Assembly (NCBI GenBank): GCA_965198655.1 | Contig: OZ240668.1 | Location: 3,196,767 to 3,260,766, forward strand | Reading direction: 5' to 3' | DNA length: 64,000 nt | DNA from: Lichenicola sp. | GTDB lineage: Bacteria > Pseudomonadota > Alphaproteobacteria > Acetobacterales > Acetobacteraceae | In this document: piece after piece, positions 52,822 to 64,000 of the stretch | Position numbering within the stretch: position 1 is the stretch's first letter | How the letters are laid out: each line of letters starts with the position of its first letter | Notes under the pieces: generated by a model | Database searches by the model: none | Told to the model about the DNA's origin: nothing | The model's input: only the letters and a program-made list of their open reading frames with translations | Made by a program: the position numbers and the translations under genes

Positions 52822-55752
52822 ATGTCCGACACCCCCCCGCCCGCCGCCGTTCCGGCGCTGATCGCCGGCCATGGAAGGGTGTCGCTGCTGACGCCGGACG
52901 GGGAGCTGCTCGTGCTGGAGCAGGCGGAGGCGGTGGGATTGCTGCGGGAGATGCCGCCGCCGCTGGTGGTGCACGCGCCATCCAGTGCGCGTCGGCTCGG
53001 GTTGAAGCACGTGCAGGCCTATGACCTGCTGGAGCTGTTCGCCTTCGTGCTGCCGGCGCGGGCGGCGGCACCCACGCCGCGCGGGCTGGCGCTGGCGCTG
53101 GGGATCGAGGCCGACGCGCTCGGCAGCGTGGATGCCAGCCTACTGCCGGAGCTGGCGGCGATGCTGCTGGAGCGGGCGGCACAGCTCGCGCACACGCCGT
53201 CGGGTGCCGAGATGGCGGCGCTGGCGGTCGGGATGCGGCGGGCGGGGTGGAGCTGGGGGGCGACGCTGTGTGACCGGCTGGGCATCGGCACCATGCTGCC
53301 GCCGGAGGCGATGCAGCCGGCAGACGCCCTGCGTGTGTGGCGTCGCCTGCCGAAATGGGAGGAAACGGCGCCGCGTCCGGCACCCGCGCAGCACGCGGTG
53401 GCGCCGGCCGAGGCGCGGGCGCGGCTGACGGCGCTGCTCGGCGAGGCGTCGGAGCAGCGGGTCGGCCAGGCGGACTATGCCGACGCGGCGGCGGCGGCGT
53501 TCGCGCCGCGGCTGCAGCGCGGCGATCCGCTGCTGGTGCTGGCGGAGGCCGGCACCGGCACCGGCAAGACGCTGGGCTACGTGGCGCCGGCCAGCCTGTG
53601 GGCGGAGCGCAACGGCGGCACGGTGTGGATCAGCACCTATACCCGACACCTGCAGCGGCAGATCGAGACCGAGCTCGTGCGGCTGCATCCCGATCCCGTC
53701 CTGCGTCGACGGCACGTGGTGCTGCGCAAGGGACGGGAGAACTACCTGTGCCTGCTGAACCTGGAGGAGGCGGTGTCGGCCGCCGCGTCGCGCGTCGGGG
53801 AGGCGGGCGGAAGCGTCGTGTCGCTGTCGCTGCTGGTGCGCTGGGCGTCGGCGACGGCGGATGGCGACGTGCTGGGCGGCGACCTGCCGGGCTGGTTCGG
53901 CGAGCTGTTCGGGGCGGGCAGCGCGTCGGGGCTGGCGGACCGGCGTGGCGAGTGCATCCACGGCGCCTGCCCGCACTACACGCGCTGCTACATCGAGCAC
54001 GGCATCCGCCGGGCGCGGGAGGCCGACCTGGTGGTGGCGAACCACGCGCTGGTGATGGCGCAGGCGGCCTGGCACGGGCAGTTCGGCGCGGCGGCGGACG
54101 AGGACGCGGTGCCGACCCGCTACGTGTTCGACGAAGGGCACCACCTGATGGAAGCGGCGGACGGGGCGTTCTCGACCGAGCTGTCGGGACTGGAAGCGGC
54201 CGAACTGCGTCGCTGGCTGCTGGGGGCGGAGGGCAGCCGGTCCCGCGCGCGCGGCCTGCGTCGGCGGCTCGACGAACTGGTGGCGGGGCAGGCGACGCTG
54301 GAAGCGCCGCTGGACGCGGCACTGACCGCGGCGCGCGCGCTGCCGGCGCCGGGCTGGGCGCAGCGGCTGGTGGAGGAGGCACCGCTGCCGTTGGCGGTGG
54401 CGGGCGGGCCCGAGGCGGCGCCTGCCAACCCGACCGAGGCATTGCTACGGCTGCTGCGCCACCAGGTGATGGCACGCAGCACCGGGCGACAGGGGGCGGG
54501 ATCGTCGCAGGAGTGCGACCTGCAGCCGGTGGAGGCGGAGCTCGCCGAGGCGGCGGTGCGGCTGGAGCGGGCGCTGGTGCGTGTGGCCGAGCCGCTCCGA
54601 ACGCTGGTGGAGCGGCTGTCGGCGCGGCTGGAGGAGGACGCCGACACGCTGGACAGCGCCATGCGTGGGCGGATCGAGGCGATGTGCCGCACGATGCGGC
54701 GGCGGGCGCTGTCCCGGCTGGACGGCTGGATCGCCATGCTGCGCGCGGTGCCGGATCCGGTGGTGCCGGGCGAGCGGCCGAGCCACGTGATGTTCCTGCG
54801 GCTGCACCGGCGCCCCGGGCCGCCGGGGACGTCCTGGCCTGGCGATGTCGGGCTGCACCGGCACTGGCTGGACCCGACGCTGCCGTTCGCGGCCGCGGTG
54901 GCGGCCCCGGCGCACGGGCTGCTGATCACCTCGGCGACGCTGCGGGACCAGCCGGAGGACGCCGCGACGGCTGGCGCCGCCGAGCCGGACGCGGAGGCGA
55001 GCTGGCTCAGCGCGGAGGCGCGGGTGGGGGCCACACACCTGCCCTCGGCCCCGCTGCGCGCGTCGCTGGCGAGCCCGTTCGACTACCCCCGGCAGGCGCG
55101 CGCCTTCGTGGTCACCGACGTGGCGCATGACGACCCGGCGGCGCTGGCGGGCGCATACCGGGCGCTGTTCATGGCGGCGGGCGGCGGCGGGCTCGGGCTG
55201 TTCACCGCCATCTCGCGGCTGCGGGCGGTGCACGAGCGGATCGCGCTGCCGCTGGAGCAGGCGGGGATCCCGCTGTTCGCGCAGCACATGGACGCGATGG
55301 ACAATGCCACCCTGGTCGACGTGTTCCGCACCGAGGCAGAGAGCTGCCTGCTCGGCACCGACGCGATGCGCGACGGGGTCGACGTGCCGGGGCGGGCGCT
55401 CAGGCTGGTGGTGTTCGAGCGGGTGCCGTGGCCGCGGCCGGACATCCTGCACCGCGAGCGGCGCATCCACCTGTCGGGCGGGCAGCCGGGGGCCTACGAC
55501 GACCGGATCGCGCGCCTCAGGCTGAGGCAGGCGTTCGGCCGGCTGATACGCAGCGGGACCGACCAGGGCGTGTTCGTGCTGCTCGACCGCCGGATGCCGA
55601 CGCGGCTGGTCTCGGCGTTCCCCCCCGGGGTGCCGGTGCGGCGGGTGGGCCTGGCCGACGCCGTGGCCGAGACCGAACGCTTCCTTGCGGCACCGGACGG
55701 GGCCGCGCCCGACGGACGAGTGCTGAAGCGTCCGGCCGTCAGATCGGCTTGA
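52822..55752 (+). CDS. ATP-dependent DNA helicase, DinG/Rad3-like (superfamily 2)
   Basis: Walker [18 protein letters not shown] (DEAH-type box), Cys cluster [12 protein letters not shown] (possible Fe-S), C-terminal helicase motifs (FGRLIRS). 976 aa from ATG 52822. Confidence 0.8.
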   Translation: MSDTPPPAAVPALIAGHGRVSLLTPDGELLVLEQAEAVGLLREMPPPLVVHAPSSARRLGLKHVQAYDLLELFAFVLPARAAAPTPRGLALALGIEADALGSVDASLLPELAAMLLERAAQLAHTPSGAEMAALAVGMRRAGWSWGATLCDRLGIGTMLPPEAMQPADALRVWRRLPKWEETAPRPAPAQHAVAPAEARARLTALLGEASEQRVGQADYADAAAAAFAPRLQRGDPLLVLAEAGTGTGKTLGYVAPASLWAERNGGTVWISTYTRHLQRQIETELVRLHPDPVLRRRHVVLRKGRENYLCLLNLEEAVSAAASRVGEAGGSVVSLSLLVRWASATADGDVLGGDLPGWFGELFGAGSASGLADRRGECIHGACPHYTRCYIEHGIRRAREADLVVANHALVMAQAAWHGQFGAAADEDAVPTRYVFDEGHHLMEAADGAFSTELSGLEAAELRRWLLGAEGSRSRARGLRRRLDELVAGQATLEAPLDAALTAARALPAPGWAQRLVEEAPLPLAVAGGPEAAPANPTEALLRLLRHQVMARSTGRQGAGSSQECDLQPVEAELAEAAVRLERALVRVAEPLRTLVERLSARLEEDADTLDSAMRGRIEAMCRTMRRRALSRLDGWIAMLRAVPDPVVPGERPSHVMFLRLHRRPGPPGTSWPGDVGLHRHWLDPTLPFAAAVAAPAHGLLITSATLRDQPEDAATAGAAEPDAEASWLSAEARVGATHLPSAPLRASLASPFDYPRQARAFVVTDVAHDDPAALAGAYRALFMAAGGGGLGLFTAISRLRAVHERIALPLEQAGIPLFAQHMDAMDNATLVDVFRTEAESCLLGTDAMRDGVDVPGRALRLVVFERVPWPRPDILHRERRIHLSGGQPGAYDDRIARLRLRQAFGRLIRSGTDQGVFVLLDRRMPTRLVSAFPPGVPVRRVGLADAVAETERFLAAPDGAAPDGRVLKRPAVRSA

Positions 55753-55942
55753 GGTTGGTCGCCGCCGCCTTGCCGCGCTCCATGGCGATCTCGTAGCTGA
55801 CCTTCTGGCCCTCGTTCAGGCCGCGAAGGCCGGCCGCCTGCACCGCCGTGATGTGGACGAACACGTCCTTGCCGCCGTCATCGGGCATGATGAAGCCAAA
55901 ACCCTTGGTGGTGTTGAACCACTTCACCGAACCGATCGCCAT
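55739..55942 (-). CDS. cspA: cold-shock protein (CspA family)
   Basis: [30 protein letters not shown]1/RNP2 motifs. 67 aa. Confidence 0.95.
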   Translation of the reverse strand: MAIGSVKWFNTTKGFGFIMPDDGGKDVFVHITAVQAAGLRGLNEGQKVSYEIAMERGKAAATNLKPI

Positions 55943-56102
55943 CGCCGGTCACACTCCCCGTCAGCCAGTCCCTCGAACGCGCCGGCATTCCCGCCACGCC
56001 TGACCAGGGCGCGGTCGCCGACCGGTCGTTATGGGGGCAGAAAGACATGGTCCTGTCAATCACGGAGAGATGATCATCCAGGCCGAGTGCTGGACGAATG
56101 CG

Positions 56103-56132
56103 AAAAGGGCGGCCCCCTGCGGGACCGCCTTT
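56103..56132 (-). terminator. rho-independent terminator after groEL
   Basis: AAAAGGGCGGCCCCctgcGGGACCGCCTTT: a 9-bp GC stem (one mismatch) and a 4-nt loop. A T-run follows on the minus strand. Confidence 0.65.
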
Positions 56133-56166
56133 CCGTTTGGACGACGAAGACGCCCAAAGGAGGGTC

Positions 56167-57834
<1,668 letters not shown>

Positions 57835-57858
57835 TCAGAAGCGGTTCGGGAGGAGGCC

Positions 57859-58158
57859 TCAGGCCGCCTTCTCGATCACGCCCATGATGTCGCTCTCCTT
57901 CATGATCAGCAGCTCCTCGCCGTCGATCTTCACCTCGGTGCCGGACCACTTGCCGAACAGCACCCGGTCGCCCGCCTTCACGTCGAGAGCGACGATCGCG
58001 CCGGTCTCGTTGCGGGCGCCCGCGCCGACGGCGATGATCTCGCCCTCCATCGGCTTCTCCTTGGCGGTATCGGGGATGATGATGCCGCCCGCGGTCTTCT
58101 CTTCGCCCGTCAGGCGCTTGACGACGACACGGTCATGCAGGGGACGGAACTTCGCCAT
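57859..58158 (-). CDS. groS: co-chaperonin GroES
   Basis: [15 protein letters not shown]...[13 protein letters not shown]...GEIIAVG. Confidence 0.97.
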   Translation of the reverse strand: MAKFRPLHDRVVVKRLTGEEKTAGGIIIPDTAKEKPMEGEIIAVGAGARNETGAIVALDVKAGDRVLFGKWSGTEVKIDGEELLIMKESDIMGVIEKAA

Positions 58159-58248
58159 GCGGTGCGCTCCTCATAGTTGGGGCGACGCCCTGCGTGGCAG
58201 CGACGTCGCCGGTTGGGCGTCCGGGTTTCAACACCACCCGCGACGCGG

Positions 58249-58275
58249 TTGGCACTCGAAGCCTCGGAGTGCTAG
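58249..58275 (-). promoter_or_regulatory. CIRCE operator (HrcA-binding inverted repeat), proximal
   Basis: TTGGCACTC-N9-GAGTGCTAG, 16/18 to the TTAGCACTC-N9-GAGTGCTAA consensus, about 90 nt upstream of groES. Confidence 0.8.
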
Positions 58276-58279
58276 CGGC

Positions 58280-58308
58280 GATCTAGGCGTTCGCGCGGCA
58301 ACTGTCAA
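58280..58308 (-). promoter_or_regulatory. putative sigma-70-type groESL promoter
   Basis: Minus strand reads TTGACA - 17 nt - TAGATC, located between the two CIRCE-like repeats. Confidence 0.45.
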
Positions 58309-58313
58309 GAATG

Positions 58314-58340
58314 GCAGCACTCGCGGCGTTTGAGTGCCAG
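58314..58340 (-). promoter_or_regulatory. second, weaker CIRCE-like inverted repeat, distal
   Basis: GCAGCACTC-N9-GAGTGCCAG, 14/18 to consensus, with a perfect GCACTC/GAGTGC core and 9-nt spacer. Confidence 0.5.
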
Positions 58341-58432
58341 AGCATTGATGTTGTTTGGATTTCTGTTGCCTGGCCGGGTGCGGGTCGATCAGGATCGGCG
58401 GCGTCGCAATCCTGTCATGTCCGGAACCATCG

Positions 58433-58693
58433 ATGTCCCTGTCGCAGCAGCTCAAGGAGTACCGCCTGACCACCGCCGAGATCCTGTATCGGCTGCCCGA
58501 CCACCCGGCGGTGCTACAGAGCTACATCTGGCAGGAGCTCGACATCGCCCCCGCCTACCCGGTGCTGCGGCGGTTCCTCGCCTTCTGGGAGCGCGAGATC
58601 GAGGGGCGGCTGCACTCGGTGCGGGTGGGATCGCTCGACCTGATCGGCGCTAACCGGGTGCGCATGCCGGGCGCGGTGCTCAGCCTTCAGTAG
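58433..58693 (+). CDS. usg: Usg family protein
   Basis: LKEYRLTTAEILYRLPDHPAVLQSYIWQELDIAPAYPVLRRFLAFWEREIEGRLHSVRV matches the Usg-like family. Confidence 0.8.
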   Translation: MSLSQQLKEYRLTTAEILYRLPDHPAVLQSYIWQELDIAPAYPVLRRFLAFWEREIEGRLHSVRVGSLDLIGANRVRMPGAVLSLQ

Positions 58694-58892
58694 CGGGTTC
58701 TTCAGGGGCGGCAGGAACGGGCTCCAGGCGGGCGCCGTCCAGCACCGCCTGCTGCCGCGCCTGGTCCTGCCGGTCGCGCTCGACTTCCGCCCGGGTGCGG
58801 CCGAACCGGGCGCGATTGTCGGCCGCCTCCTGCGCCGCGTCCGCGCGGTCGCGCTGCCGGCGCCGAATCCTGAGGTTGACGATCTCGCCCAT
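58680..58892 (-). CDS. DUF4169 family protein
   Basis: MGEIVNLRIRRRQRDRADAAQEAADNRARFGRTRAEVERDR: the characteristic DUF4169 sequence. Confidence 0.7.
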   Translation of the reverse strand: MGEIVNLRIRRRQRDRADAAQEAADNRARFGRTRAEVERDRQDQARQQAVLDGARLEPVPAAPEEPATEG

Positions 58893-58959
58893 TGCCGCAA
58901 CCTGCCACAGGTGCCGCCGTCCGATCCAGGCCGGCCGCCGTACGCCAGGGAACCGCGCC

Positions 58960-59622
58960 ATGGGCCACACGATCACGCTGGACGCCGCCGATGGGCACCG
59001 GTGCTCCGCCTACCAGGCCGGCTTCGCCGACGCGTCGCGCGCCCTGGTGGTGGTGCAGGAGATCTTCGGGGTGAACCACCACATCCGGGCGGTGGCGGAC
59101 GGCTTCGCCGAGGCGGGGTTCCTGGTGATCGCGCCGGCGCTGTTCGACCGCACCGAACGCGGCGTCGAGCTGGGCTACACGCCGCAGGACGCGCAGCGTG
59201 GTGCTGCGCTGCGCGCGGCGATCCGGCCGGAGGACACGCTGGCCGACCTGCTCGCCAGCGCCGAAGCGCTCGGCCGGCCGACGGTCGGCATCATCGGCTA
59301 TTGCTGGGGCGGCGCCCTGGCCTGGGCCGGGGCTACCCGCTCCGACCGGTTCTCGGCCGCGGTCGGCTGGTACGGCGGCGGCATCGCCGCGACCAGGGAC
59401 CTGCCTCCGCATTGTCCGGTGCAACTGCATTTCGGCGCCGAGGACGACCACATCCCGCTCGCCGATGTGGAGGCGATCCGCGCGGCGCAGCCGGGCGTCG
59501 AGGTGTTCGTCTACGAGGGTGCCGGGCACGGCTTCGGCTGCCCGGAGCGGCCGAGCCACGTCGCGAGCGCGACCGCCCTGGCCCAGGAGCGCAGCCTCGC
59601 CTTCCTGCAACGCCATCTTTGA
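58960..59622 (+). CDS. dienelactone hydrolase family protein
   Basis: ALVVVQEIFGVNHHIRAVADGFAEAGFLVIAPALFDR, nucleophile region GIIGYCWGG, C-terminal YEGAGHGF. Confidence 0.8.
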   Translation: MGHTITLDAADGHRCSAYQAGFADASRALVVVQEIFGVNHHIRAVADGFAEAGFLVIAPALFDRTERGVELGYTPQDAQRGAALRAAIRPEDTLADLLASAEALGRPTVGIIGYCWGGALAWAGATRSDRFSAAVGWYGGGIAATRDLPPHCPVQLHFGAEDDHIPLADVEAIRAAQPGVEVFVYEGAGHGFGCPERPSHVASATALAQERSLAFLQRHL

Positions 59623-59638
59623 TCACTTAGAAGCAAGC

Positions 59639-59775
59639 AAGGCCAGGGCTCTGCCCATCGATCTGCTTCGCAGCTCGATCCGCTGGGACCAGAGGCCCCA
59701 GACCCCTTTTACTTTAAGAATCGGGTTTGAAGGGCTTTGCCCTTCATGGGGTCCAGGGGCAACGCCCCTGGCCTT
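59639..59775 (+). repeat. composite nested-hairpin repeat, copy F, long form
   Basis: AAGGCCAGGGCTCTGCCCATCGATCTGCTTCGCAGCTCGATCCGCTGGGACCAGAGGCCCCAG...TTGAAGGGCtttGCCCTTCATGGGGTCCAGGGGCaacGCCCCTGGCCTT. Confidence 0.85.
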
Positions 59776-59903
59776 GGGCCGTCCAATCCGGCGCGAGTGT
59801 CGCCTTCCTGCCACAATGCCGGCCGAATTGCGTTTCGGTTTCGAACCAAGTCCGGCGGTTGCCGTTGTGCCAGGCTGAACGCCGCAGACGGGAGACGCGT
59901 CAC

Positions 59904-60059
59904 ATGCTTGGTACCATCCTGCTGATCATTCTTATTCTTCTGGTGATCGGCGCACTGCCGACCTGGGGCTACAGCGGTGGCTGGGGCTACTTTCCGTCCG
60001 GCGGCCTCGGACTGGTCCTGCTGGTCGTGATCATCCTGCTGGTGCTCGGCCGCATCTGA
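59904..60059 (+). CDS. DUF3309 family small membrane protein
   Basis: MLGTILLIILILLVIGALPTWGYSGGWGYFPSGGLGLVLLVVIILLVLGRI. 51 aa; ATG confirmed at 59904. Confidence 0.75.
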   Translation: MLGTILLIILILLVIGALPTWGYSGGWGYFPSGGLGLVLLVVIILLVLGRI

Positions 60060-60094
60060 GCGGAACCGGACCGGCGCGTCCGGCCGACTCAAGG

Positions 60095-60544
60095 ATGGGT
60101 GGGAAGCGGAACACCATGGCAGACCGGGTGCCGCGGCTCAGCCACCTGCTGGAAACCTCGATCTACGTGGCGAATCTCGACCGCGCGCAGGACTTCTACC
60201 AGCGCGTGCTCGGGCTGGAGCTGTTCCTGCGCGACGACCGCATGAGCGCGCTCGGTCTGCCCGGCAACGCCGTGCTGCTGTTGTTCCGCGCCGGCGGCTC
60301 CACGGAGCCCACGCCGACCGACGGCGGCGGCGACATCCCGCCGCATGACGGCGGCGGGCGGGTGCACCTGTGCCTGGGGGTTCCGCGCAACGAGCTCGAC
60401 GCGTGGGAGGGCCACCTTGCCGCGCAGGGCGTGCCGCTCGAAAGCCGGATCACCTGGCCGGCCGGCGGCACCAGCCTTTACATACGCGATCCGGACGGCA
60501 GCCTGCTGGAGCTGGCGACGCCGGGACTGTGGCCGAGCTGGTAG
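60095..60544 (+). CDS. VOC (glyoxalase/bleomycin-resistance/dioxygenase) family protein
   Basis: LSHLLETSIYVANLDRAQDFYQRVLGLEL...HLCLGV...GTSLYIRDPDGSLLELATP. Alternative ATG at 60116. Confidence 0.7.
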   Translation: MGGKRNTMADRVPRLSHLLETSIYVANLDRAQDFYQRVLGLELFLRDDRMSALGLPGNAVLLLFRAGGSTEPTPTDGGGDIPPHDGGGRVHLCLGVPRNELDAWEGHLAAQGVPLESRITWPAGGTSLYIRDPDGSLLELATPGLWPSW

Positions 60545-60634
60545 CGCCGGTCATCCGCATCGACCGGACGGCAACGGCGCTGCCGCAAGTTCCCGACCGC
60601 TTCCGCAGATCGCCCCTTGAGCTCCTTTGGCCGG

Positions 60635-61531
60635 CTACGCCCGGTCGAGCACGCGCCCGGCGACGCTGCGCAGCCGGCTCAGCAGCTCCGGGTCGCGCGC
60701 CGATGGCGCCGTGATCAGGGCGTGGTCCAGCGCGCGGTCGCAGCCGGCGGGGCACGGGCCGCGCGGCTGGCCGAGCCGGGGGATCACCGCGCGGATCAGG
60801 TCGCGCGCCTTCTGCGCGTTGGAGTTCATCACCGCCACCACCGCGTCCACGGTGACGTGCGCGTGGTCCTCGCGCCAGCAATCGTAGTCGGTGACCATCG
60901 CCACGGTCGCGTAGCAAAGCTCGGCCTCGCGAGCGAGCTTGGCTTCGGGCATGTTGGTCATGCCGATCACGTCGCAGCCCCATGAGCGATACAGCTCGCT
61001 TTCGGCGCGGGTCGAGAACTGCGGCCCCTCCATCACCAGGTAGGTGCCGCCGCGGCTGATCGGCAGGCCGAGCGCCTGCCCCGACTCGTGCAGCACCGCA
61101 CCGATGCGCGGGCAGAGCGGGTCGGCCATCGACACGTGGGCGACGCAGCCGGTGTCGAAGAAGCTTTTCTCCCGCGCGAAGGAGCGGTCGATGAACTGGT
61201 CGATCACCACGAACTGGCCGGGCGGCAGCTCCTCCTTCAGGCTGCCCACGGCCGACAGCGACACCACGTCGGTGACGCCCGACTGCTTCAGCGCGGCGAC
61301 GTTGGCGCGGTAGTTGAGCCGCGACGGCGGGATCCGGTGGCCGCGGCCGTGACGGGGCAGGAACACGCAACGCACCTCACCGAGGCGGCCGAACAGCAGC
61401 GCGTCGGACGGCGAGCCCCACGGGGTCTCGACGGTGCGCCATTCCTTGTCTTCCAGCGCCTCGATCTCGTACAGGCCGGAGCCGCCGATCAGGCCGATCA
61501 CCGGCTGCACCGAATCACTCACGCCCGACAT
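60635..61531 (-). CDS. mtnP: S-methyl-5'-thioadenosine phosphorylase
   Basis: IGLIGGSGLY, FLPRHGRGHRIPPSRLNYRANV, VMEGPQFSTRAES, GMTNMPEAKLAREAELCYATVAMVTDYDCW. Confidence 0.9.
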   Translation of the reverse strand: MSGVSDSVQPVIGLIGGSGLYEIEALEDKEWRTVETPWGSPSDALLFGRLGEVRCVFLPRHGRGHRIPPSRLNYRANVAALKQSGVTDVVSLSAVGSLKEELPPGQFVVIDQFIDRSFAREKSFFDTGCVAHVSMADPLCPRIGAVLHESGQALGLPISRGGTYLVMEGPQFSTRAESELYRSWGCDVIGMTNMPEAKLAREAELCYATVAMVTDYDCWREDHAHVTVDAVVAVMNSNAQKARDLIRAVIPRLGQPRGPCPAGCDRALDHALITAPSARDPELLSRLRSVAGRVLDRA

Positions 61532-62237
61532 TCGACCACACCCTACGCTTGAGGAGAAAGGCCAGCCCCGCCAGCAGGACCAGGTAGCCCACCACGCCGA
61601 TGCCGACCCGCCTGCGCTCGTTCTCGTGCGGATGCGCCGCCCAGTCCAGGAAGCTGGACACGTCGCGCGCCATCTGCGGCACCGTCGCCGGCGTGCCGTC
61701 GGCATAGCGGACGGCGCCGTCGACCAGGGGCGGCGGCATAGCGATCAGGGCGCCCGCCACGGCGGGATCGTAGTAGCTGCCGGACGGAACGACGGTACCG
61801 GGCGGCGGGTCGCGGTAGGAGGTGAGGATCCGCGCGATCGCGCGGGTGCCGCCCGGCAGGGTCAGCGCCAGCCGGGACATGTCCGGCGGCACCGCGCCGT
61901 TGTTGGCCGCGGCGGCCGCCTGCACGGACGGGAACGGCGACGGCAGGTGATCGTCCGGCCGGCCGGGCCGGCGCAGCGGGTGACCGGCCGCGTCGACGCC
62001 GTCGGACACCTTGATGCCCGACGCCAGCGCGTGCACCTGCGCCGCGTCCAGCCCGAGCCCGCGCAGGTCCCCGTAGGTCAACTGCTTCAAGGAATGGCAG
62101 GCGCTGCACACCTGCGAATACACCGCGTAGCCGCGTTGGGCGCTGCCGAGGTCGATGGTCGGGACCGGGCCGGACGCGGCCTGGGCGGGGATGGCGATCA
62201 GGGACAGCAACCCGAGCGACCTGGGCAGGACCCGCAT
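61515..62237 (-). CDS. petC: cytochrome c1
   Basis: Signal peptide, CSACHSL heme-binding site, PPDMSRL, IAMPPPL (Met ligand region), C-terminal TM anchor. The ATG overlaps the petB stop. Only the 3' 241 codons of the 700-aa track ORF are used. Confidence 0.85.
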   Translation of the reverse strand: MRVLPRSLGLLSLIAIPAQAASGPVPTIDLGSAQRGYAVYSQVCSACHSLKQLTYGDLRGLGLDAAQVHALASGIKVSDGVDAAGHPLRRPGRPDDHLPSPFPSVQAAAAANNGAVPPDMSRLALTLPGGTRAIARILTSYRDPPPGTVVPSGSYYDPAVAGALIAMPPPLVDGAVRYADGTPATVPQMARDVSSFLDWAAHPHENERRRVGIGVVGYLVLLAGLAFLLKRRVWSNVGRE

Positions 62238-63553
62238 CAGGCGGCGCCGGCGACGCTGCCGGCGATGCTGCGGGGAAGTGCCGGCCGACGCTCCAGTCGG
62301 GCCAGCAGCGGCAGCAGCACCAGGAAATGGGTCAGCCAATAGGCGGTGGCGATCCGGCTGAGCACCAGCCAGGCGCCGGAGGGCGGACGGAACCCGGCGA
62401 TTCCCAGCAGCACGAACGAGGCTAGCAGCACCAGCAGCAGCCAGCGATACACCGGACGGAACCGGGCGCTGCGGATCGGCGAGCGGTCGAGCCAGGGCAG
62501 CACGAACAACACCGCCAGGCTGGCCGAGGCCAGCAGCACGCCGAGGCCGCCGCCTGCGCGCAGGATGGCGTAGAACGGCGCGAAGTACCATTCGGGGGTG
62601 ATGTCGGCCGGGGTCGAGAGCGGGTCCGCTTCCAGGTAGTTGTCCGGCAGGGTCAGCCAGCCCGGCAGGAAGAACACCAGCACCGCGAAGGCGATCGCGA
62701 ACAGCGCCATGCCGACGCCGTCCTTGGCGGTGTAGTACGGATGGAACGGCACCGTGTCGCGCGGGCCCTTCACCTCGATGCCGAGCGGGTTGTTCGAGCC
62801 GGTGACGTGCAGCGCCAGCACGTGCAGCACCACGATGCCGATCACCGCGAAGGCGGTGACGAAGTGCAGCACGTAGATCCGGTGCAGGGCGACGTCGCCC
62901 AGCACGTCGCCACCGAGCAACCAGGAGGCCAAGCCAGGGCCGACCAGCGGCACCGAGCCCACGGCGTGCGCCGCCACGGTGAGCCCCCAATACGACATCT
63001 GGCCCCAGGGCAGCACGTAGCCGGCAAAGGCGGCGACCATGGTCATCGCCATCAGCAGCATGCCGGTCAGCCACAGCACCTCGCGCGGCGCCTTGTACGA
63101 GCCGTAGTACAGGCTGCGCCAGATGTGGACGTAGAGGGTGGCGAAGTACATCCACACCCCGCCCTGGTGGATCGACCGCACCAGCCAGCCGCTCGGCACC
63201 TGCCGGTCGATCGCCTCGACGCTGTTGAACGCCTGCGCCACGGTGGCGGTATAGTTCACCGCCAGGAAGATGCCGCTCAGCAGCAGCACCACCAGCGCCA
63301 CCGTCACGAAGGCGCCGAAGTTCCACAACCCGTTGAGGTTGCGCGGCATCGGGTAGGACACGTACTCGCGTCGGAACGCGGACACCACCGGCAGCCTGGC
63401 GTCGAGCCAGCGCAGGCCGGGATGAGTGGATCCCGGCAAGGTGGAGGTCGGCGGGCGGCCGAACCGGTGCTCCGCCTGCTGGTCGTCCGGCGCCAGCGGG
63501 AAGGTGTCGGCGGCGGCGGCGCCAGGGCCAAGGTCTTCCGGCCGATCGGCCAT
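62237..63553 (-). CDS. petB: cytochrome b
   Basis: [79 protein letters not shown]. About 45-aa N-terminal extension. Confidence 0.9.
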   Translation of the reverse strand: MADRPEDLGPGAAAADTFPLAPDDQQAEHRFGRPPTSTLPGSTHPGLRWLDARLPVVSAFRREYVSYPMPRNLNGLWNFGAFVTVALVVLLLSGIFLAVNYTATVAQAFNSVEAIDRQVPSGWLVRSIHQGGVWMYFATLYVHIWRSLYYGSYKAPREVLWLTGMLLMAMTMVAAFAGYVLPWGQMSYWGLTVAAHAVGSVPLVGPGLASWLLGGDVLGDVALHRIYVLHFVTAFAVIGIVVLHVLALHVTGSNNPLGIEVKGPRDTVPFHPYYTAKDGVGMALFAIAFAVLVFFLPGWLTLPDNYLEADPLSTPADITPEWYFAPFYAILRAGGGLGVLLASASLAVLFVLPWLDRSPIRSARFRPVYRWLLLVLLASFVLLGIAGFRPPSGAWLVLSRIATAYWLTHFLVLLPLLARLERRPALPRSIAGSVAGAA

Positions 63554-63660
63554 GGGTACACACCTTCCAGCCGTTCACACGGATGAGAAAAGTAGGGTCG
63601 GCCCCGCCGGCCCGCAACCGGGCGGTCGGAGTGCCGCCGGCGTTCGGCTATGCTGGGGCG

Positions 63661-64000
63661 ATGAACGACCCGTCCGCGCCGCTCCCCCACGACGACGTCC
63701 GGCCGCCGCACGACGCGCTCAAGCCCTGCGCGCGGTCCTGGTTCGAGCACCTGCGCGACCGGCTCTGCGACGCCTTCGAGGCGATCGAGGACGAACAAGA
63801 TGGGCCGCTCGGGGACCGGCCGCCCGGCCGGTTCGAGCGCAGGCCCTGGTCGCGGCTGCCGGACGAGAGCGGCGGCGGCGGCGTGATCGGGCTGATGCGC
63901 GGCCGCGTGTTCGAGAAGGTGGGAGTCAACGTGTCCACCGTGCAGGGCGAGTTCAGCCCGGAGTTCCGCGGCCAGATCCCCGGTGCCGAACAGGACCCGC
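63661..64000 (+). CDS. hemF: oxygen-dependent coproporphyrinogen III oxidase (5' partial, runs off the window)
   Basis: ATG at 63661. [18 protein letters not shown]...RRPWSR...[40 protein letters not shown] matches the HemF N-terminal half. Confidence 0.8.
   Translation, partial: MNDPSAPLPHDDVRPPHDALKPCARSWFEHLRDRLCDAFEAIEDEQDGPLGDRPPGRFERRPWSRLPDESGGGGVIGLMRGRVFEKVGVNVSTVQGEFSPEFRGQIPGAEQDP

Noticed and set aside
55943-56100. Long leader upstream of cspA, considered as an annotated cold-shock 5' UTR thermosensor.
   Set aside because: This is plausible by analogy with other cspA genes. However, I could not identify a cold-box or defined alternative structures by eye, so it is not reported as a feature.

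Overview
High-GC (about 70% by eye) chromosomal segment with an alphaproteobacterial gene set: class I LysRS, usg, DUF4169, DUF3309, petBC, CIRCE-controlled groESL, CarD/CdnL and NnrU. An order such as Rhodospirillales is only a guess. I call about 55 protein genes, and almost all of the window is coding. No rRNA, tRNA, CRISPR array or intact transposase or integrase was seen. Left to right, the window contains: (1) an aromatic-catabolism-like cluster (FAH-family hydrolase, amidohydrolase-2, FAD monooxygenase, Zn-ADH); (2) a lower-GC, gene-poor decayed stretch (about 7.3-10.4 kb); (3) MFS transporter plus kdgK; (4) a polymorphic-toxin locus; (5) a minus-strand run of poorly characterised genes (PAP2 / DUF2721 / DUF2252 / DUF1275); (6) prolyl oligopeptidase, NnrU and an acyl-CoA ligase; (7) topB-dinB, carD, a PNGase-A-like protein, a BI-1/YccA protein, thpR and a UDG-family protein; (8) a peptide/nickel-type ABC importer; (9) a LOV hybrid histidine kinase and a beta-helix protein; (10) an MprF-like protein next to class I LysRS; (11) a small lower-GC islet with ccdAB; (12) a DinG-like helicase, cspA, groESL, usg, a dienelactone hydrolase, mtnP, petBC and the start of hemF. 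The polymorphic-toxin locus is the most system-like accessory element. It encodes a WHH-type HNH/EndoVII nuclease C-terminal domain on a roughly 550-aa protein whose N-terminus I cannot assign. Three tandem SUKH/SMI1-KNR4 immunity paralogs follow (the middle one is frameshifted), with an orphan toxin-tip fragment between the first two. A 117-160 bp nested-hairpin intergenic repeat occurs six times. One copy sits in frame at the dppB/dppC junction, and another supplies the last codons of the acyl-CoA ligase ORF. All family assignments come from reading the translated ORFs by eye. Many starts are uncertain because the ORF track uses GTG/TTG starts, and nothing was searched against databases.
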